Of a DNA stretch of 64,000 bases, positions 1 through 10,875 are shown piece by piece; position 1 is the first letter of the stretch, and every line of letters starts with the position of its first letter. The stretch covers positions 640,001 through 704,000 of the forward strand of contig CAWDVE010000010.1 in assembly GCA_963805625.1 (NCBI GenBank). The letters run 5' to 3'. This stretch comes from an uncultured Candidatus Rokubacteria bacterium (GTDB lineage: Bacteria; Methylomirabilota; Methylomirabilia; Rokubacteriales; DASRDR01). The position numbers were made by a program, and so were the translations under genes. Under the pieces are notes generated by a model. The model saw nothing but the letters and a program-made list of their open reading frames with translations, did no database searches and was not told the DNA's origin.

Positions 1-711
1 CGGCGCGTTCTGCCGGTGGCGGGCGCCCTGGCGCGTCGGCTCCCGGCCGTCGACGAGCCACGCGGCGCCGGTCCAACCCGAGAAGCCGAGGGCCGTCTCG
101 AGGAGGGAGCAGTCGACCTTCTGGCCGTGGCCCGTACGCTCCCGGTCGTAGAGTGCGGCCAGGATTCCCTGCACTCCCCACATGCCGGTGCCGAGGTCGC
201 AGATCGGCTGGCCAACGGACGTCGGGGGCCCGTCCGCCTCGCCGGTGACGTGCATGAGACCGCCCATCCCCTGGGCAATCAGATCCAGCCCTCCCTTGTC
301 CCGGTACGGGCCGTCTGCCCCGAAGCCACTCAGCTGGGCGTAGACGAGCCGCGGGTTCTCGGCAGCCAGCACAGCGTATCCGAGACCGGCTCGTTCCATG
401 ACGGTTGCCCGGTAGTTCTCGACGAGCACGTCGACGCTTCGCACGAGCCGCAGGAACACCTCGCGCCCGACGGGCCCCTTGTAGTCGAGCGTGACGCTCT
501 TCTTGTTCCGGTTGATGTAGCGGAAGAAGGGATTCCGCTGGGCCCCATCCCCCATCGACCGGGACGAGTCGCCCTTGCCGGGCCGCTCCACCTTCAGCAC
601 CTCGGCGCCCATGTCGGCGAGGATCATGGTGCAGAATGGCCCCGCCATGTGCTCGGTCAGGTCAAGGACCCGGAGTCCGGCGAGAGGACCCCGCGTATCG
701 GATGCGGCCAT
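1..711 (-). CDS. CoA-transferase family III (CaiB/BaiF), runs off window edge
   Basis: Manual minus-strand translation from ATG at 711: MAASDTRGPLAGLRVLDLTEHMAGPFCTMILADMGAEVLKVERPGKGD...NRNKKSVTLD. The listed + ORF 16..774 is its antisense shadow. Confidence 0.9.
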   Translation of the reverse strand, partial: MAASDTRGPLAGLRVLDLTEHMAGPFCTMILADMGAEVLKVERPGKGDSSRSMGDGAQRNPFFRYINRNKKSVTLDYKGPVGREVFLRLVRSVDVLVENYRATVMERAGLGYAVLAAENPRLVYAQLSGFGADGPYRDKGGLDLIAQGMGGLMHVTGEADGPPTSVGQPICDLGTGMWGVQGILAALYDRERTGHGQKVDCSLLETALGFSGWTGAAWLVDGREPTRQGARHRQNAP

Positions 712-725
712 GTCACGATCCCCCG

Positions 726-1505
726 TCAGCGCCCGACGAACCGGGGCGTCGTCTTCGCGAGGAACGCCCGATAGCCGATCTGGAAGTCCTCGGTATCGAA
801 GCAGTGATAGGCGACGTCCCGCTCCTCGTCCGTCAGCGCCCGCCGCGCGACGAGGTCGTACACGAAACGCTTGTGCCAGCGGGCCGCCAGGGGCGCCCCC
901 TCGACGATCTTGCGGGCGGCCGCGTAGGCTTCCTCCTCGACCCTGTCGTCAGGGACGATACGGTTCACGAAGCCGATCCGCAGCGCGCTCGGGGCGTCGA
1001 GCAGGTCTCCGGTCAGCAGGATCTCGAGCGTCGGCCCCGCGCCGACCGTCCGCACGACCGCTTCCAGCTCCTCGTGGCTCTCGACTAGCCCCAGGCGCTT
1101 GATCGGAACGCCGAAGCGGCTCGACTCTCCGCAGATCTTGATGTCGCACAGCGCCGCCAGCCCGAATCCGCCGCCCACGCAGAGGCCCTGGATCAGCGCG
1201 ACGACCGGGTGTCGACACGCGCGGACCGAGTGGAAGGCGGGGCTCCCCAGGCGCGCGTACTCGCGCGCCTTCGCCGCCGAGCTGCGTGTCGCCTCGAACT
1301 CCGAGATGTCGGCGCCCACGGAGAAGGCACGCCCCCCCGCGCCCCGGAGCACGACGCACCGAAGGTCGGCGTCCTGGTCGCAGGCCTCCATGATCTCCCG
1401 CAGCCGGCGGTTCATTGCGCCCGACATCGCGTTGAGCTTCTCGGGCCGGTTCAGGACCACCGTCGCGATCGGCCCGTCCTGCGTCACGTAGATCGGCTCG
1501 GTCAT
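726..1505 (-). CDS. Enoyl-CoA hydratase/isomerase family
   Basis: LNRPEKLNAM, AFSVGADISEF, GLCVGGG crotonase motifs. Confidence 0.92.
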   Translation of the reverse strand: MTEPIYVTQDGPIATVVLNRPEKLNAMSGAMNRRLREIMEACDQDADLRCVVLRGAGGRAFSVGADISEFEATRSSAAKAREYARLGSPAFHSVRACRHPVVALIQGLCVGGGFGLAALCDIKICGESSRFGVPIKRLGLVESHEELEAVVRTVGAGPTLEILLTGDLLDAPSALRIGFVNRIVPDDRVEEEAYAAARKIVEGAPLAARWHKRFVYDLVARRALTDEERDVAYHCFDTEDFQIGYRAFLAKTTPRFVGR

Positions 1506-1520
1506 GCGTCACTCCTTGGA

Positions 1521-2426
1521 TCAGGGTGGCGAGGAAGATGGCGGGCGGATCAGGATCGATCGCGCCCGCTCCCGGAGAGCATCGGGAATCGCCGTCGGGC
1601 GCCGGGCGTCCACGTCCAGGTGCACGCCGAACTGGTCGAGGCTCGCGACGAGCTCCCCTGTCCGCCCGTTGAACATCCGGTGGAGGACCCGGATCGACGA
1701 ATTTCCCAGGTGGAGCAAACCGGTCTTCACGTGGACCGGATCCCCGGCGTGGAGTTCCCCCCGGAACTCCAGCTGGAACTCGAACGTGGACATCCCGCGG
1801 CGCTGCTCCCGCATGTAGGCCGGCGTCATGCCAAATGCAGCGAACGTCTGGATCCCGCCTGCCGAGAACCGGTGAATGTAGAACGGGAAGGCGCTCTGCC
1901 CGAACACGTCGATCTCCCACGGCTTCACCGTATCGCGGGCCGACTCGAGAAAGCCTTTCGCGCCCTCGGGCTGCCACCGCACCTCCCGGGCGGCCCCGTC
2001 CCACACCACCTGTCGGCTCTCGGCGGCGCGGCGCTGGCGTGGCGGCAGCGCCGCCGCCGCGCGTGCCCCGAGCTCCATGTGCACCGTCCGCTGCTCCATG
2101 GTCGCGCACAGGACGCCGGTGTCCGAGTTGAACACGCGATGGCCCAGCCGGAGCCCCCGCTCGTCGACCCCGATCACCGCGCTCGAGATGTGCAGGATGT
2201 CGCCCACACGAAGCTCGTGCATGTAACGCACGTAGCAGTCCACGGTCACGCAGCCGCGGCGCTCGGCCCTCATGTAGTCGGCGCCGAGAGCCAGGCCGTC
2301 GAGCAGATTCAGCGTGGCGTCGGCGAACCGCTCGAAGTAGTAGGCAACCGTCAGGTGCTCGACAATGTCGGTTTCCCATGGAAACACGGTGCCGCGGTAC
2401 GTGTCGACCCAGGTCGCTCGGTCCAC
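1521..2426 (-). CDS. Double hotdog-fold acyl-CoA thioesterase
   Basis: Two 4HBT-like repeats (VFPWETDIVEHL...; VKPWEIDVFGQ...). GTG at 2426 chosen over the ORF start 2573. Confidence 0.8.
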   Translation of the reverse strand: MDRATWVDTYRGTVFPWETDIVEHLTVAYYFERFADATLNLLDGLALGADYMRAERRGCVTVDCYVRYMHELRVGDILHISSAVIGVDERGLRLGHRVFNSDTGVLCATMEQRTVHMELGARAAAALPPRQRRAAESRQVVWDGAAREVRWQPEGAKGFLESARDTVKPWEIDVFGQSAFPFYIHRFSAGGIQTFAAFGMTPAYMREQRRGMSTFEFQLEFRGELHAGDPVHVKTGLLHLGNSSIRVLHRMFNGRTGELVASLDQFGVHLDVDARRPTAIPDALRERARSILIRPPSSSPP

Positions 2427-2893
2427 GGGGACGGACTCTAGCCCGGGGCCGGAGCGCGCGTCAACCGCGGCCGCGTCTACGGCGTGAGGCGACTTGCCAG
2501 CGCGGCAGCGGCAAGAGATTCGACCCGCGACCCCGAGGCCGCGGTCTAGACACCTCGTCGCAGCCCGGGACATCTCGCCCTGCCGGGCACCCTATCCCGG
2601 CCCCGTACTCGTCGCTCGACATGAAATAGACCTTCATGGCAGCGTCGGCACGCGCTGCATGCCGCTCTCCGTGGACTGGAGCGAGTGTACCCCAGGACCC
2701 CCGTCGAAGGTCTGCACCGAGCTTGCACCCCGCGCGAGCCCGGCGCGCCGCGCCAGCTGTTCGGCACACGAGTAGCGAGAATCGACGGACCCCTCCGCCC
2801 TCTTCGAAATCGCCAGGATCCATCATGCTATCCTGGCCGCGACGGCGGGCGCCGGGGCAGATCTGCCGGTCTCGGAGATGGAGGGCGGAGACG

Positions 2894-5170
2894 GTGTCGT
2901 TTCGCGCGCGAGCATGGCAGGCGAGCGTCGTCGGCTTCGCGCTGTCATGCGTGGTGATTGCAGGGCTCGCCTGGGTCTCCTTGAGCCGGATGGCCCGTCT
3001 CCAGGAAGAAACAGGGCGTGTTCGACACACGCTGGCGGTTCGCGAGGAGACGCAATCCGTTCTCTCGCTCTTGAAGGACGCGGAGACCGGCCAGCGCGGC
3101 TACGTCATCACCGGCGACCCGGGCTATCTCGCGCCGTTTGCCCGCGCAGTCGTCGACATCCGGGATCGTCTAGCGGCGCTCAAGCGGCTCACCCAGGACG
3201 ATCCCGCCCAGCGCGAGCGTCTCGCGCGTCTCGATGATCTGATCGTCCAGAAGGTCGCAGAGCTCGAGCGGACCATCCGCGCGCGCACTGACCAGGGGTT
3301 CGACGCCGCGGCCCTCATCGTCGCCACCGACCAGGGCAAGCGACTCATGGACGAGATTCGTTCCCTGACAGGGTCGATGCTGCAGGACGAGGACCGTCTC
3401 CACGCCCTGCGGACCGCTCGCGAAGAGAGGGAGAGCCGCGCCGCGATCCGGGCAAACATCGGCGGCTTCGCCGTCGCGCTGCTCCTGATCGGTATCGCAA
3501 TGGCGTTGCTCCACTGGGTCACGCGAGAGCGAGAGCGAGAGCAGGCGGCCCGAGCGACCGCCGAGGCGGTCGCCGCCACCACGACGAGGTCGGAGGCGTG
3601 GCTCCGCACGACGCTCGCGAGCATCGGGGACGCGGTCATCGCTACTGACGAGACGGGGCGTGTGAGAACGATGAACGCCGTGGCCGAGAGCCTCACGGGC
3701 TGGACCGAGTCCGAGGCACGGGCGCGCCCTCTGGATGAGGTGTTCCGGATCGTCAACGAGGACTCCCGCAGCCCCGTCGAGAACCCCGTCGCCAGGGTGC
3801 TCAGGGAGGGACGGGCCGTCGGCCTCGCCAACCACATGGCCCTCCTGTCCCGAGACGGGCGCGCCATTCCGATCGACGACAGTGCGGCACCCATCCGGAC
3901 GCCGCAGGGCGGGGCCATCGGCGCGGTGCTGGTCTTCCGCGACATCACCGCGCGGCGCCAGGCCGAGCGCGAGCAAGCGCTCGCGTTCGAGCGGGAGAAG
4001 GCGGCGCGGCGCGAGTCGGAGGCCATCGCCCGGAGCAAGGACGAGTTCGTCACGACGCTCTCCCACGAGCTCCGGACCCCGCTCAACGCCATCTTCGGCT
4101 GGGTCCAGCTGCTGCGGTCCGGCGCCCTCGACGATGCAGCTCGCGCGCACGCTCTCGACGTGATCGATCGAAACACGCGCACGCAGACCCGCATGGTCGA
4201 GGACCTCCTGGACATCTCCCGGATCATGACCGGGAACTTCCGGATCGAGCCTCGCCCGGTCGACCTCGAGGCCGTGATCGGGGCCGCGGTGGACGCTGTC
4301 AGGCCGGCGCTCGACGCGAAAGGCCTCCATCTCGTCACCCACCTGGACGCCGCAGCCGGGCCCGTGTCCGGCGATCCGGACCGACTCCAGCAGGTCGTCT
4401 GGAACCTGCTCACGAACGCCATCAAGTTCACCCCCCGCGGCGGCGGCGTCGAGATCCGCCTGGAACGCCACGGGTCTCAGGTGGAGGTGGAGGTCTCCGA
4501 CACGGGTCGCGGCATCGCCGCCGACTTCCTGCCGCACGTGTTCGAACGATTCACGCAGGCCGAAGCGTCGAGCTCGCGTGCCCAGCCCGGTCTCGGTATC
4601 GGGCTGGCACTCGTACGCCATCTCGTCGAGCTGCACGGCGGCACGGTCGGGGTGTCGAGCGACGGCGATGGACTGGGCACCACGTTCACGATCCGGCTGC
4701 CGGTGCCCGTCAGCCTCGAGCGCCTCCGGGCCGACGACGTGACGGGATACCGCCCCCCCGTGCCGGAAGCCGATCCCCTGCGGCCACTCGCGGGCGTCCA
4801 CGTCCTGGCGGTGGACGACGATCCCGATGCTCGGGAGCTTCTGCGCATCGCCTTCGGGCGGGCGGGGGCCCAGGTGACGGTGGCCGACTCGGCGCGCGCC
4901 GCGCTGGCTGCGCTCGAGGCCGTCAGCCCGGACGTGCTCGTGTCCGACATCGGGATGCCGGACGGCAACGGCTACGAGCTCCTGCAGAGCGTCAGGGCCG
5001 CCGAACGTGGCAGTCGGCTCCCGGCAGTGGCCCTCACGGCGTACGCGCGTGCCGAGGACCGCGACCGGGCGATCAGGGCCGGCTTCCAGCTCCACGTCGC
5101 GAAACCGATTGACCCGGCTGCACTGGTGCGTGCCGTCGCTCTCGTGTGCGGCCGGATCAAGGCAACGTGA
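2894..5170 (+). CDS. Hybrid sensor histidine kinase (TM-CHASE3-TM-PAS-HisKA-HATPase-REC)
   Basis: DAETGQRGY (CHASE3), LASIGDAVIATD (PAS), SHELRTPL, NLLTNAIKF, DTGRG, GLGIGL, receiver VDDD...SDIGMP...KP. Start uncertain (2825 or 2894). Confidence 0.93.
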   Translation: MSFRARAWQASVVGFALSCVVIAGLAWVSLSRMARLQEETGRVRHTLAVREETQSVLSLLKDAETGQRGYVITGDPGYLAPFARAVVDIRDRLAALKRLTQDDPAQRERLARLDDLIVQKVAELERTIRARTDQGFDAAALIVATDQGKRLMDEIRSLTGSMLQDEDRLHALRTAREERESRAAIRANIGGFAVALLLIGIAMALLHWVTREREREQAARATAEAVAATTTRSEAWLRTTLASIGDAVIATDETGRVRTMNAVAESLTGWTESEARARPLDEVFRIVNEDSRSPVENPVARVLREGRAVGLANHMALLSRDGRAIPIDDSAAPIRTPQGGAIGAVLVFRDITARRQAEREQALAFEREKAARRESEAIARSKDEFVTTLSHELRTPLNAIFGWVQLLRSGALDDAARAHALDVIDRNTRTQTRMVEDLLDISRIMTGNFRIEPRPVDLEAVIGAAVDAVRPALDAKGLHLVTHLDAAAGPVSGDPDRLQQVVWNLLTNAIKFTPRGGGVEIRLERHGSQVEVEVSDTGRGIAADFLPHVFERFTQAEASSSRAQPGLGIGLALVRHLVELHGGTVGVSSDGDGLGTTFTIRLPVPVSLERLRADDVTGYRPPVPEADPLRPLAGVHVLAVDDDPDARELLRIAFGRAGAQVTVADSARAALAALEAVSPDVLVSDIGMPDGNGYELLQSVRAAERGSRLPAVALTAYARAEDRDRAIRAGFQLHVAKPIDPAALVRAVALVCGRIKAT

Positions 5171-5584
5171 TCTGGAGCGTCGCGAATGGCGGCGCGCCCA
5201 GCGGGGCGCCGACTCACTGATGTCTCACCGACACCAACCGACTGCATCAGAGAACCCGGCCGAAGGCATCGCGGCCTGTCGTGCCCACCTGACGCCGCTG
5301 CTCGAGGACTATCTGCAACACTCTCCGCACAGTGCTTCTCCCTGGCGCTCCAGCCGGCAGGAATCGATCGCCGGCGCCGCCACCCTCTCGGACACCCTTT
5401 CGGGCACTTGACGGGAGGAGCCTTTCGGCCGATTCTCGGGCGCGTCGCGACTCGCGTGTGCCATCGGCCGCGACATCTGATCGAGCACCACCTCGGAAGG
5501 CCCGTGTGATCAGGAGTGCTGACGAGGCGAGGTGCCGCGGCCGGAAGGCCAGGAGCGGGCAACCCGCGAGTAGTCGAGGAGGCA

Positions 5585-6838
5585 ATGGCGCCAGGTCAAC
5601 GCTCCCGGGGCAGTACCGTCGCGTCCCCCAACATCAGGTTCGTCGGTCATTCCGACCAGGGCGGCCGCAGCGACGGCGTCCAGGTCATGGTCCATCGCGG
5701 CTATGCCTACATCGGCCAGACCTTCAGCAACGGAATCACGATCGTGGACGTCCGCGATCCGGCCCACCCGCGGACGGTCGAGTTCATCGCCTGTCCGCCC
5801 AATACGCGGACCGTCCACCTCCAGACCCACGACGACCTGCTCCTGGCAGTCAACGGTCCGAGCGTCTGGCACATGCAGGAGTTCCAGAACCTCCAGGACT
5901 ACTTCGAGGGGTCTCCGGCCGACAAGCTCCGCGACCGCGCTGGGAGCTTTGCCTCCGGGATCCGCGTCTTCGACATCTCCCGACCCGAGAAGCCGGCCGA
6001 GATCGGGTTTATGCCGGTCGACGGGATCGGACCGCACCGCATCTGGTATACGGGCGGCCGCTACGCCTATGCGTCCATCCACTTCGCGGATTTCACTGAC
6101 CACATCCTCGCCGTTGTCGACATGTCCAACCCGCGCCGTCCCGAGATCGCCGGGCGCTGGTGGCTCCCCGGCATGTGGCGCGGCGGCACCGAGACGCCGA
6201 CTTGGCGCAAGGGCCGGCGCTACGCGCTCCACCACGCCCTCGTCGCCGGGAACCTCGCGTACGCCGCCTGGCGCGACGGGGGCTTGACCGTCCTCGACGT
6301 TGCCGACCCGTCCCGTCCCAGACTCCTCGCGCACCGGAATTGGGACCCGCCGTTCGGCGGCGGCACGCACTCGCCGCTCCCCTTGCCCGACCGGAACCTT
6401 CTCGTGGTCGCCGACGAGCCCACCACGATGAACTGCAGCCAGGGTCTTCGCTACGTCTGGATGTTCGACGTGCGGGAGCCGAGCAACCCCATCAGCATCG
6501 CCACCTTCCCCTCGCCGTCCGAGGCGGACTACTGCCAGAAGGGCGGGAACTTCGGCCCGCACAACCTCCACGAGAACCGGCCTGGTGCCTTCCAGAGCTC
6601 GCGCCTGATCTTCGCCACCTACTACAACGCCGGCGTGCGCGTCTACGACATCGAGAATCCGTTTCAGCCGCGCGAGGTGGGCTACTACGTACCGCCCGAT
6701 CCCGAGCGTCTGATCGATCCCCGGCCGAACCGGCCGCTGGTGACCCAATCCAACGACTGCTACGTCGATACGAACGGTCTGATGTACGTGACCGACAGCA
6801 ACGGCGGCCTCAACATCCTCGAGTTCAAGGGCCCCTGA
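5585..6838 (+). CDS. LVIVD-repeat beta-propeller protein
   Basis: Repeated ITIVDVRDP / IRVFDISRP / LAVVDMSNP / LTVLDVADP blades; GAGGAGG RBS before ATG 5585. Confidence 0.8.
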   Translation: MAPGQRSRGSTVASPNIRFVGHSDQGGRSDGVQVMVHRGYAYIGQTFSNGITIVDVRDPAHPRTVEFIACPPNTRTVHLQTHDDLLLAVNGPSVWHMQEFQNLQDYFEGSPADKLRDRAGSFASGIRVFDISRPEKPAEIGFMPVDGIGPHRIWYTGGRYAYASIHFADFTDHILAVVDMSNPRRPEIAGRWWLPGMWRGGTETPTWRKGRRYALHHALVAGNLAYAAWRDGGLTVLDVADPSRPRLLAHRNWDPPFGGGTHSPLPLPDRNLLVVADEPTTMNCSQGLRYVWMFDVREPSNPISIATFPSPSEADYCQKGGNFGPHNLHENRPGAFQSSRLIFATYYNAGVRVYDIENPFQPREVGYYVPPDPERLIDPRPNRPLVTQSNDCYVDTNGLMYVTDSNGGLNILEFKGP

Positions 6839-6888
6839 GCATCCCGAAGCCGATGGACGGGGGCCTGCGACGCCCCCAGGAGGACTGC

Positions 6889-8064
6889 ATGCAATCGCGA
6901 CGTTTCCTGCTCGTGTTCGTCGCTGTCCTGGTCGCCGCGGCGGCGCTCGCGCCCCCGGCATCGGCCCAGAACCCGGTGAAGCTCGCCATCGTGGCCGAGA
7001 TCACGGGCGGCGGCGCGCCGTCAGGCACGATGTGGCGTGACGGGGTGATCCTGGCCGTGGAGGAGATCAACAAGAAGAGCGGCGGCGTACTGGGCCGACC
7101 GCTCGAGTCTTTCGTCATGGACACCCAGTCCGATCCTCCGACCTCGGTGGCGGTCATCCGACGGGCCATCAACGAGCGCCCCTTCGCCATCATGGGCACC
7201 GTATATAGTGGCTCCACCGTGGCCAACATGGAGTTCGCGCGGCAAGCTGGCATTCCGCAGATCAGCGGCTCCGAGTCCGTGCTGGTCGTCACCAAAGGCA
7301 ACCCGAACATCTTCCTGACGTCCTTCAGCCAGCAGGTCGGCTTCGCCAAGCTCGTGAAGTGGGTCGTGGAAGACCTGAAGGCCGAGAAGATCGCCCTCAT
7401 CTACGTCAACGACGCCTTTGGCCGGGGCGGGCGTGACGCGTTCCTCGGATTTCTCAAGGACCGGGGGCGGTCCGTCATGGCCGACATCTCCACGGAGGTG
7501 CAGCAGGCGGATTTCACGGCCGAGCTCACCCAGGTGCGGGCCTCCGGCGCCACGCACCTCATGATCTACAGCCACGAGGAGGAGAACGCCCGTATCATGA
7601 TCCAAATGCGCAAGCTCGGCCTCAAGGTCGAGCCGGTCGGGGACAATCTTTGCGCCCAGACTACGATCGACGCCGGCGGGGAAGCGATGAACGGGGCCCG
7701 CTGCCACGTGCCGATGACGGCTCTCTCACCGATACCCAGCATGCTGGAGGTGGGCAAGCGCTTCCAGGAGCGATTCGGGCGGGTCCCTGATCACAACGGA
7801 TTCAAGGGGTACATCGGCGCTCATTTGATGAAGGCCGCCGTGGAGCGCGTGGGCGGGTTCGACCAGGCCAAGGTTCGCGACTGCCTCCACAACAACTTCT
7901 TTACGACCGCCGACGAGCCCGGCCTCCTCATGGACACCTATGTTGACGACAAGGGCGACGCCGACCGGCCGAGCTTCATCGTGGAGGTCAAGGGGCAGAA
8001 GTCGCAGGTGGTGAAGGTCCTGCCCTTGCTCGCGGGGCCGTACACCAAGCGGGCCTGCCGCTAG
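6889..8064 (+). CDS. Branched-chain amino acid-type ABC substrate-binding protein
   Basis: Signal peptide, LAVEEIN, DTQSDP, YVNDAFGRG; AGGAGG RBS. Confidence 0.9.
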   Translation: MQSRRFLLVFVAVLVAAAALAPPASAQNPVKLAIVAEITGGGAPSGTMWRDGVILAVEEINKKSGGVLGRPLESFVMDTQSDPPTSVAVIRRAINERPFAIMGTVYSGSTVANMEFARQAGIPQISGSESVLVVTKGNPNIFLTSFSQQVGFAKLVKWVVEDLKAEKIALIYVNDAFGRGGRDAFLGFLKDRGRSVMADISTEVQQADFTAELTQVRASGATHLMIYSHEEENARIMIQMRKLGLKVEPVGDNLCAQTTIDAGGEAMNGARCHVPMTALSPIPSMLEVGKRFQERFGRVPDHNGFKGYIGAHLMKAAVERVGGFDQAKVRDCLHNNFFTTADEPGLLMDTYVDDKGDADRPSFIVEVKGQKSQVVKVLPLLAGPYTKRACR

Positions 8065-8248
8065 GCCTGATTGAACGACAGACCGGCGCCCGGCGGCGGC
8101 CGGCGCGCCGATCCGGGGCCCGTGCCGCGAGGGGTCGTTCTCGGCCCATCCCGGGGCCGACCCCTCGCGCCGCGATCCGCGCGCCCGACCATCCACACCC
8201 GCGGGGGCCCCGTCGCCGGCGTCCCGCTAAAGGCCGCGCGCGCCTGAC

Positions 8249-9127
8249 ATGACGGACTTCCTCCAGCTCATGGCGGCGGGCATCTCCATCGGGTCCATCT
8301 ACGCGATGACCGCCATTGGCTTCGTCCTGCTCTGGCAGACGTCGAACACCATCAACTTCGCCCAGGGCGAGTTCGTAGTCCTGCCCGCGTTCGCGATGGT
8401 GCTCTTCTGGGTGGTGCTGCGATGGCCGTTCGTCGCCGCCCTGCTTGCGACCGTCCTCGTGTCCACGTTCCTCCTGGGGTTCGTCGTCCGGAAGCTCCTC
8501 GTGGCCCGGCTACTCCAGGCCGGCGTCCTGCCCCTGGTCATCGCCACCATCGGCCTCAGTCTCCTGATCCGCTACTCCATCCAGCAGTTCTGGACCCCGC
8601 TGGCGCTGCCGTTCCCGCCCCTCTTCTCACGCGTCCCGATGCGGCTCGGCGGGGTCGTCCTCGCGTGGGAGGAGCTGATGAACGTGGTGTTCGCGGGCGC
8701 GGTGATCGGCGCGCTCCAGCTGTTCATCACGCGCACGAAGCTCGGATGGGCCATGCAGGCCGTCGCCCAGAACCGCACGCTGGCGACGGTGCTCGGCATC
8801 GACGTGGGCCGGCTCGTCACCATCACCTTCGTCCTCAACGCTGCCCTGACCGCAGTGGCCGCGATCCTCATCGCCCCCGTGTACCTCGTCAAGTACGACA
8901 TCGGCATCGGTCTCGGGCTCAAGGCCTTCTACGCGGCCATCATCGGCGGCTTCAACCAGATGCGGGGGGCGCTTCTCGGCGGGCTCCTGGTGGGCGTGGT
9001 GGAGACGCTCTCGGCCGCCTACCTTTCCGGCCAGTTCCGAGACGCGGTGGTGCTCGTGATCCTCATCGCCGTCCTCCTCTGGAAGCCGGAGGGCCTCTGG
9101 GGAGTCAAGGAGGAGTGGGCGTCGTGA
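8249..9127 (+). CDS. livH: Branched-chain amino acid ABC permease
   Basis: GSIYAMTAIGFVL, INFAQGE, TKLGWAMQAVAQN. Confidence 0.9.
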   Translation: MTDFLQLMAAGISIGSIYAMTAIGFVLLWQTSNTINFAQGEFVVLPAFAMVLFWVVLRWPFVAALLATVLVSTFLLGFVVRKLLVARLLQAGVLPLVIATIGLSLLIRYSIQQFWTPLALPFPPLFSRVPMRLGGVVLAWEELMNVVFAGAVIGALQLFITRTKLGWAMQAVAQNRTLATVLGIDVGRLVTITFVLNAALTAVAAILIAPVYLVKYDIGIGLGLKAFYAAIIGGFNQMRGALLGGLLVGVVETLSAAYLSGQFRDAVVLVILIAVLLWKPEGLWGVKEEWAS

Positions 9128-10122
9128 CGGCTGAGCGCGGGCCGCTCCGGTGCCTCCTGCCGGTCGGCTTGCTGGCCCTCCTCGCGCTCCTGCCGCTCGG
9201 GTTCGAGCAGTACAAGCTCTACGTGGCGAGCCTCACGCTCGTCTACCTCGTGATGGCCATCGGACTCAATCTCACCCTGGGCTACGCCGGGCAGATCTCG
9301 CTGGCGCATGGCGCCTTCATGGCGTTCGGGGCGTACGCCGTGGCGATCCTCGGCCAGCGTCGGCTGCCCTTCGAGCTCGGGCTCGCGCTCGGCGCGGCGC
9401 TCGGCTTCGGCTGGGGGCTCATCGTCGGCTTCCCCGCGCTGAAGGTCAAGCACCACTTCCTCGCCATGGTCACGCTCGGGTTCAACATCATGGTGTTCCT
9501 GGTGCTCCGGAACTGGGAGTCGCTGACAGGGGGATCCTTCGGGATCTCGGGCATCGCCCGTCCCGCCTGGGGCGCGATCACGTTCCGGTCCGACCGCGCG
9601 TACTACGTCTACATGCTGGTATGGGCGGCGGTGGTGGTGTCCTCGGCGTACTGGATCCTGGGGTCCCGCTGGGGCCGGGCCTTCCGGGCGATCCGCGAGA
9701 ACGAGATGCGAGCGGAGACGCTCGGAGTGAGCTTGCGAAACTACAAGCTCATGGCCTTCGCCATCGGCGCCGCCTACGCCGGGGTCGGCGGGGCTCTCTT
9801 CGCTCCCCTCGTCGGGTACATCGACCCCGGGGCCTTCACGCTCGACCGGTCGATCCAGTTCCTGATGATGGTTGTCATGGGCGGACTCGGGCGCTTCGAG
9901 GGGCCCTTCATCGGCGCCATCCTGGTGACGGTGCTGCCCGAGGTGCTGCGCGCCTCGGAGGGCCTCTATCTCGTCATCTACGCGCTGGCCGTCATCCTCA
10001 TGATGCTGTTCATGCCGAAGGGCCTGGTCGGGGTGTGGGACCGGATCATCGATCTGCTCGGGGCGAGTCGAATGGGACGCGGGCCCCTCGCCGCACCGCC
10101 GGACGCTCCCCGGTCAGGCTGA
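9124..10122 (+). CDS. livM: Branched-chain amino acid ABC permease
   Basis: GYAGQISLAHGAF, SRWGRAFRAIRENE; GTG overlaps the livH stop. Confidence 0.9.
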   Translation: MTAERGPLRCLLPVGLLALLALLPLGFEQYKLYVASLTLVYLVMAIGLNLTLGYAGQISLAHGAFMAFGAYAVAILGQRRLPFELGLALGAALGFGWGLIVGFPALKVKHHFLAMVTLGFNIMVFLVLRNWESLTGGSFGISGIARPAWGAITFRSDRAYYVYMLVWAAVVVSSAYWILGSRWGRAFRAIRENEMRAETLGVSLRNYKLMAFAIGAAYAGVGGALFAPLVGYIDPGAFTLDRSIQFLMMVVMGGLGRFEGPFIGAILVTVLPEVLRASEGLYLVIYALAVILMMLFMPKGLVGVWDRIIDLLGASRMGRGPLAAPPDAPRSG

Positions 10123-10134
10123 GCGCGGCGAGCA

Positions 10135-10872
10135 ATGGCTCTCCTCGAGATCCGTGACCTGACCAAGAACTTCTTCCGGCTCCCCGCCCTGAGCCGGGTG
10201 AGCCTCAGCGTCGAGCCCGGCGAGCTCCTGGGTGTGATCGGGCCGAATGGCTCGGGGAAGACCACCCTGTTCAACTGCGTCACCGGAGTCCTTCGGCCGT
10301 CCGGCGGACACGTCCGATTCAAGGGCGACGACATCACGGGACTCAACGCCGATCTCGTCTACCGCCGCGGGATCGCCCGCACGTTTCAGCTCATCCAGCT
10401 GTTTCCGGAGATGACGGTGCTCGAGAACATGCTGCTCGCGCTCCAGGAGCGCCACGGCACGCTCCTGGGACGCCTGGCCCGCCGCGAGGGCGCGGCGGCC
10501 GCTACCCGGGCACTCGAGCTTCTCGAGTACCTCGGCATCGCCGGCCTCCGGGATCACCTCGCCTCGAATCTATCGTACGGACAGCAGAAGCTCCTCGACT
10601 TCGGCATGGCGCTCATGTCCAAACCCGAGGTGATCCTCCTCGACGAGCCCCTGGCCGGCGTGAACCCCACCATGATCAAGAAGCTCGTCGGGCACATCGA
10701 GGCGCTCAACGCCCAGGGCCACACGTTCGTCGTCATCGAGCACAACATGGAGGTGGTCATGTCTCTCTGCCGGCGCATCGTCGTCCTCAGCCAGGGCGAG
10801 TGCATCGCGGAAGGCACGCCGGCCGACGTCGCCGACAATCCGCTGGTGCTGGACGCGTACTTCGGGAGGTAG
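10135..10872 (+). CDS. livG: ABC ATP-binding protein
   Basis: GPNGSGKT, IARTFQ, LSYGQQK, LLDEP, AYFG. Confidence 0.92.
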   Translation: MALLEIRDLTKNFFRLPALSRVSLSVEPGELLGVIGPNGSGKTTLFNCVTGVLRPSGGHVRFKGDDITGLNADLVYRRGIARTFQLIQLFPEMTVLENMLLALQERHGTLLGRLARREGAAAATRALELLEYLGIAGLRDHLASNLSYGQQKLLDFGMALMSKPEVILLDEPLAGVNPTMIKKLVGHIEALNAQGHTFVVIEHNMEVVMSLCRRIVVLSQGECIAEGTPADVADNPLVLDAYFGR

Positions 10873-10875
10873 CGC

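Noticed and set aside
16-774. Long + strand ORF, and similar long antisense ORFs (e.g. 3170..5095, 15108..16880, 27635..28924, 34118..35866)
   Set aside because: Antisense shadows of real genes, expected at high GC; no motifs of their own
5186-5509. Possible small or pseudo gene downstream of the kinase
   Set aside because: No recognisable family; competing frames cannot be resolved by eye
8070-8245. GC-rich hairpins between the SBP gene and livH
   Set aside because: No U-tract and no second copy noticed; ordinary mRNA-stabilising structure after an SBP gene
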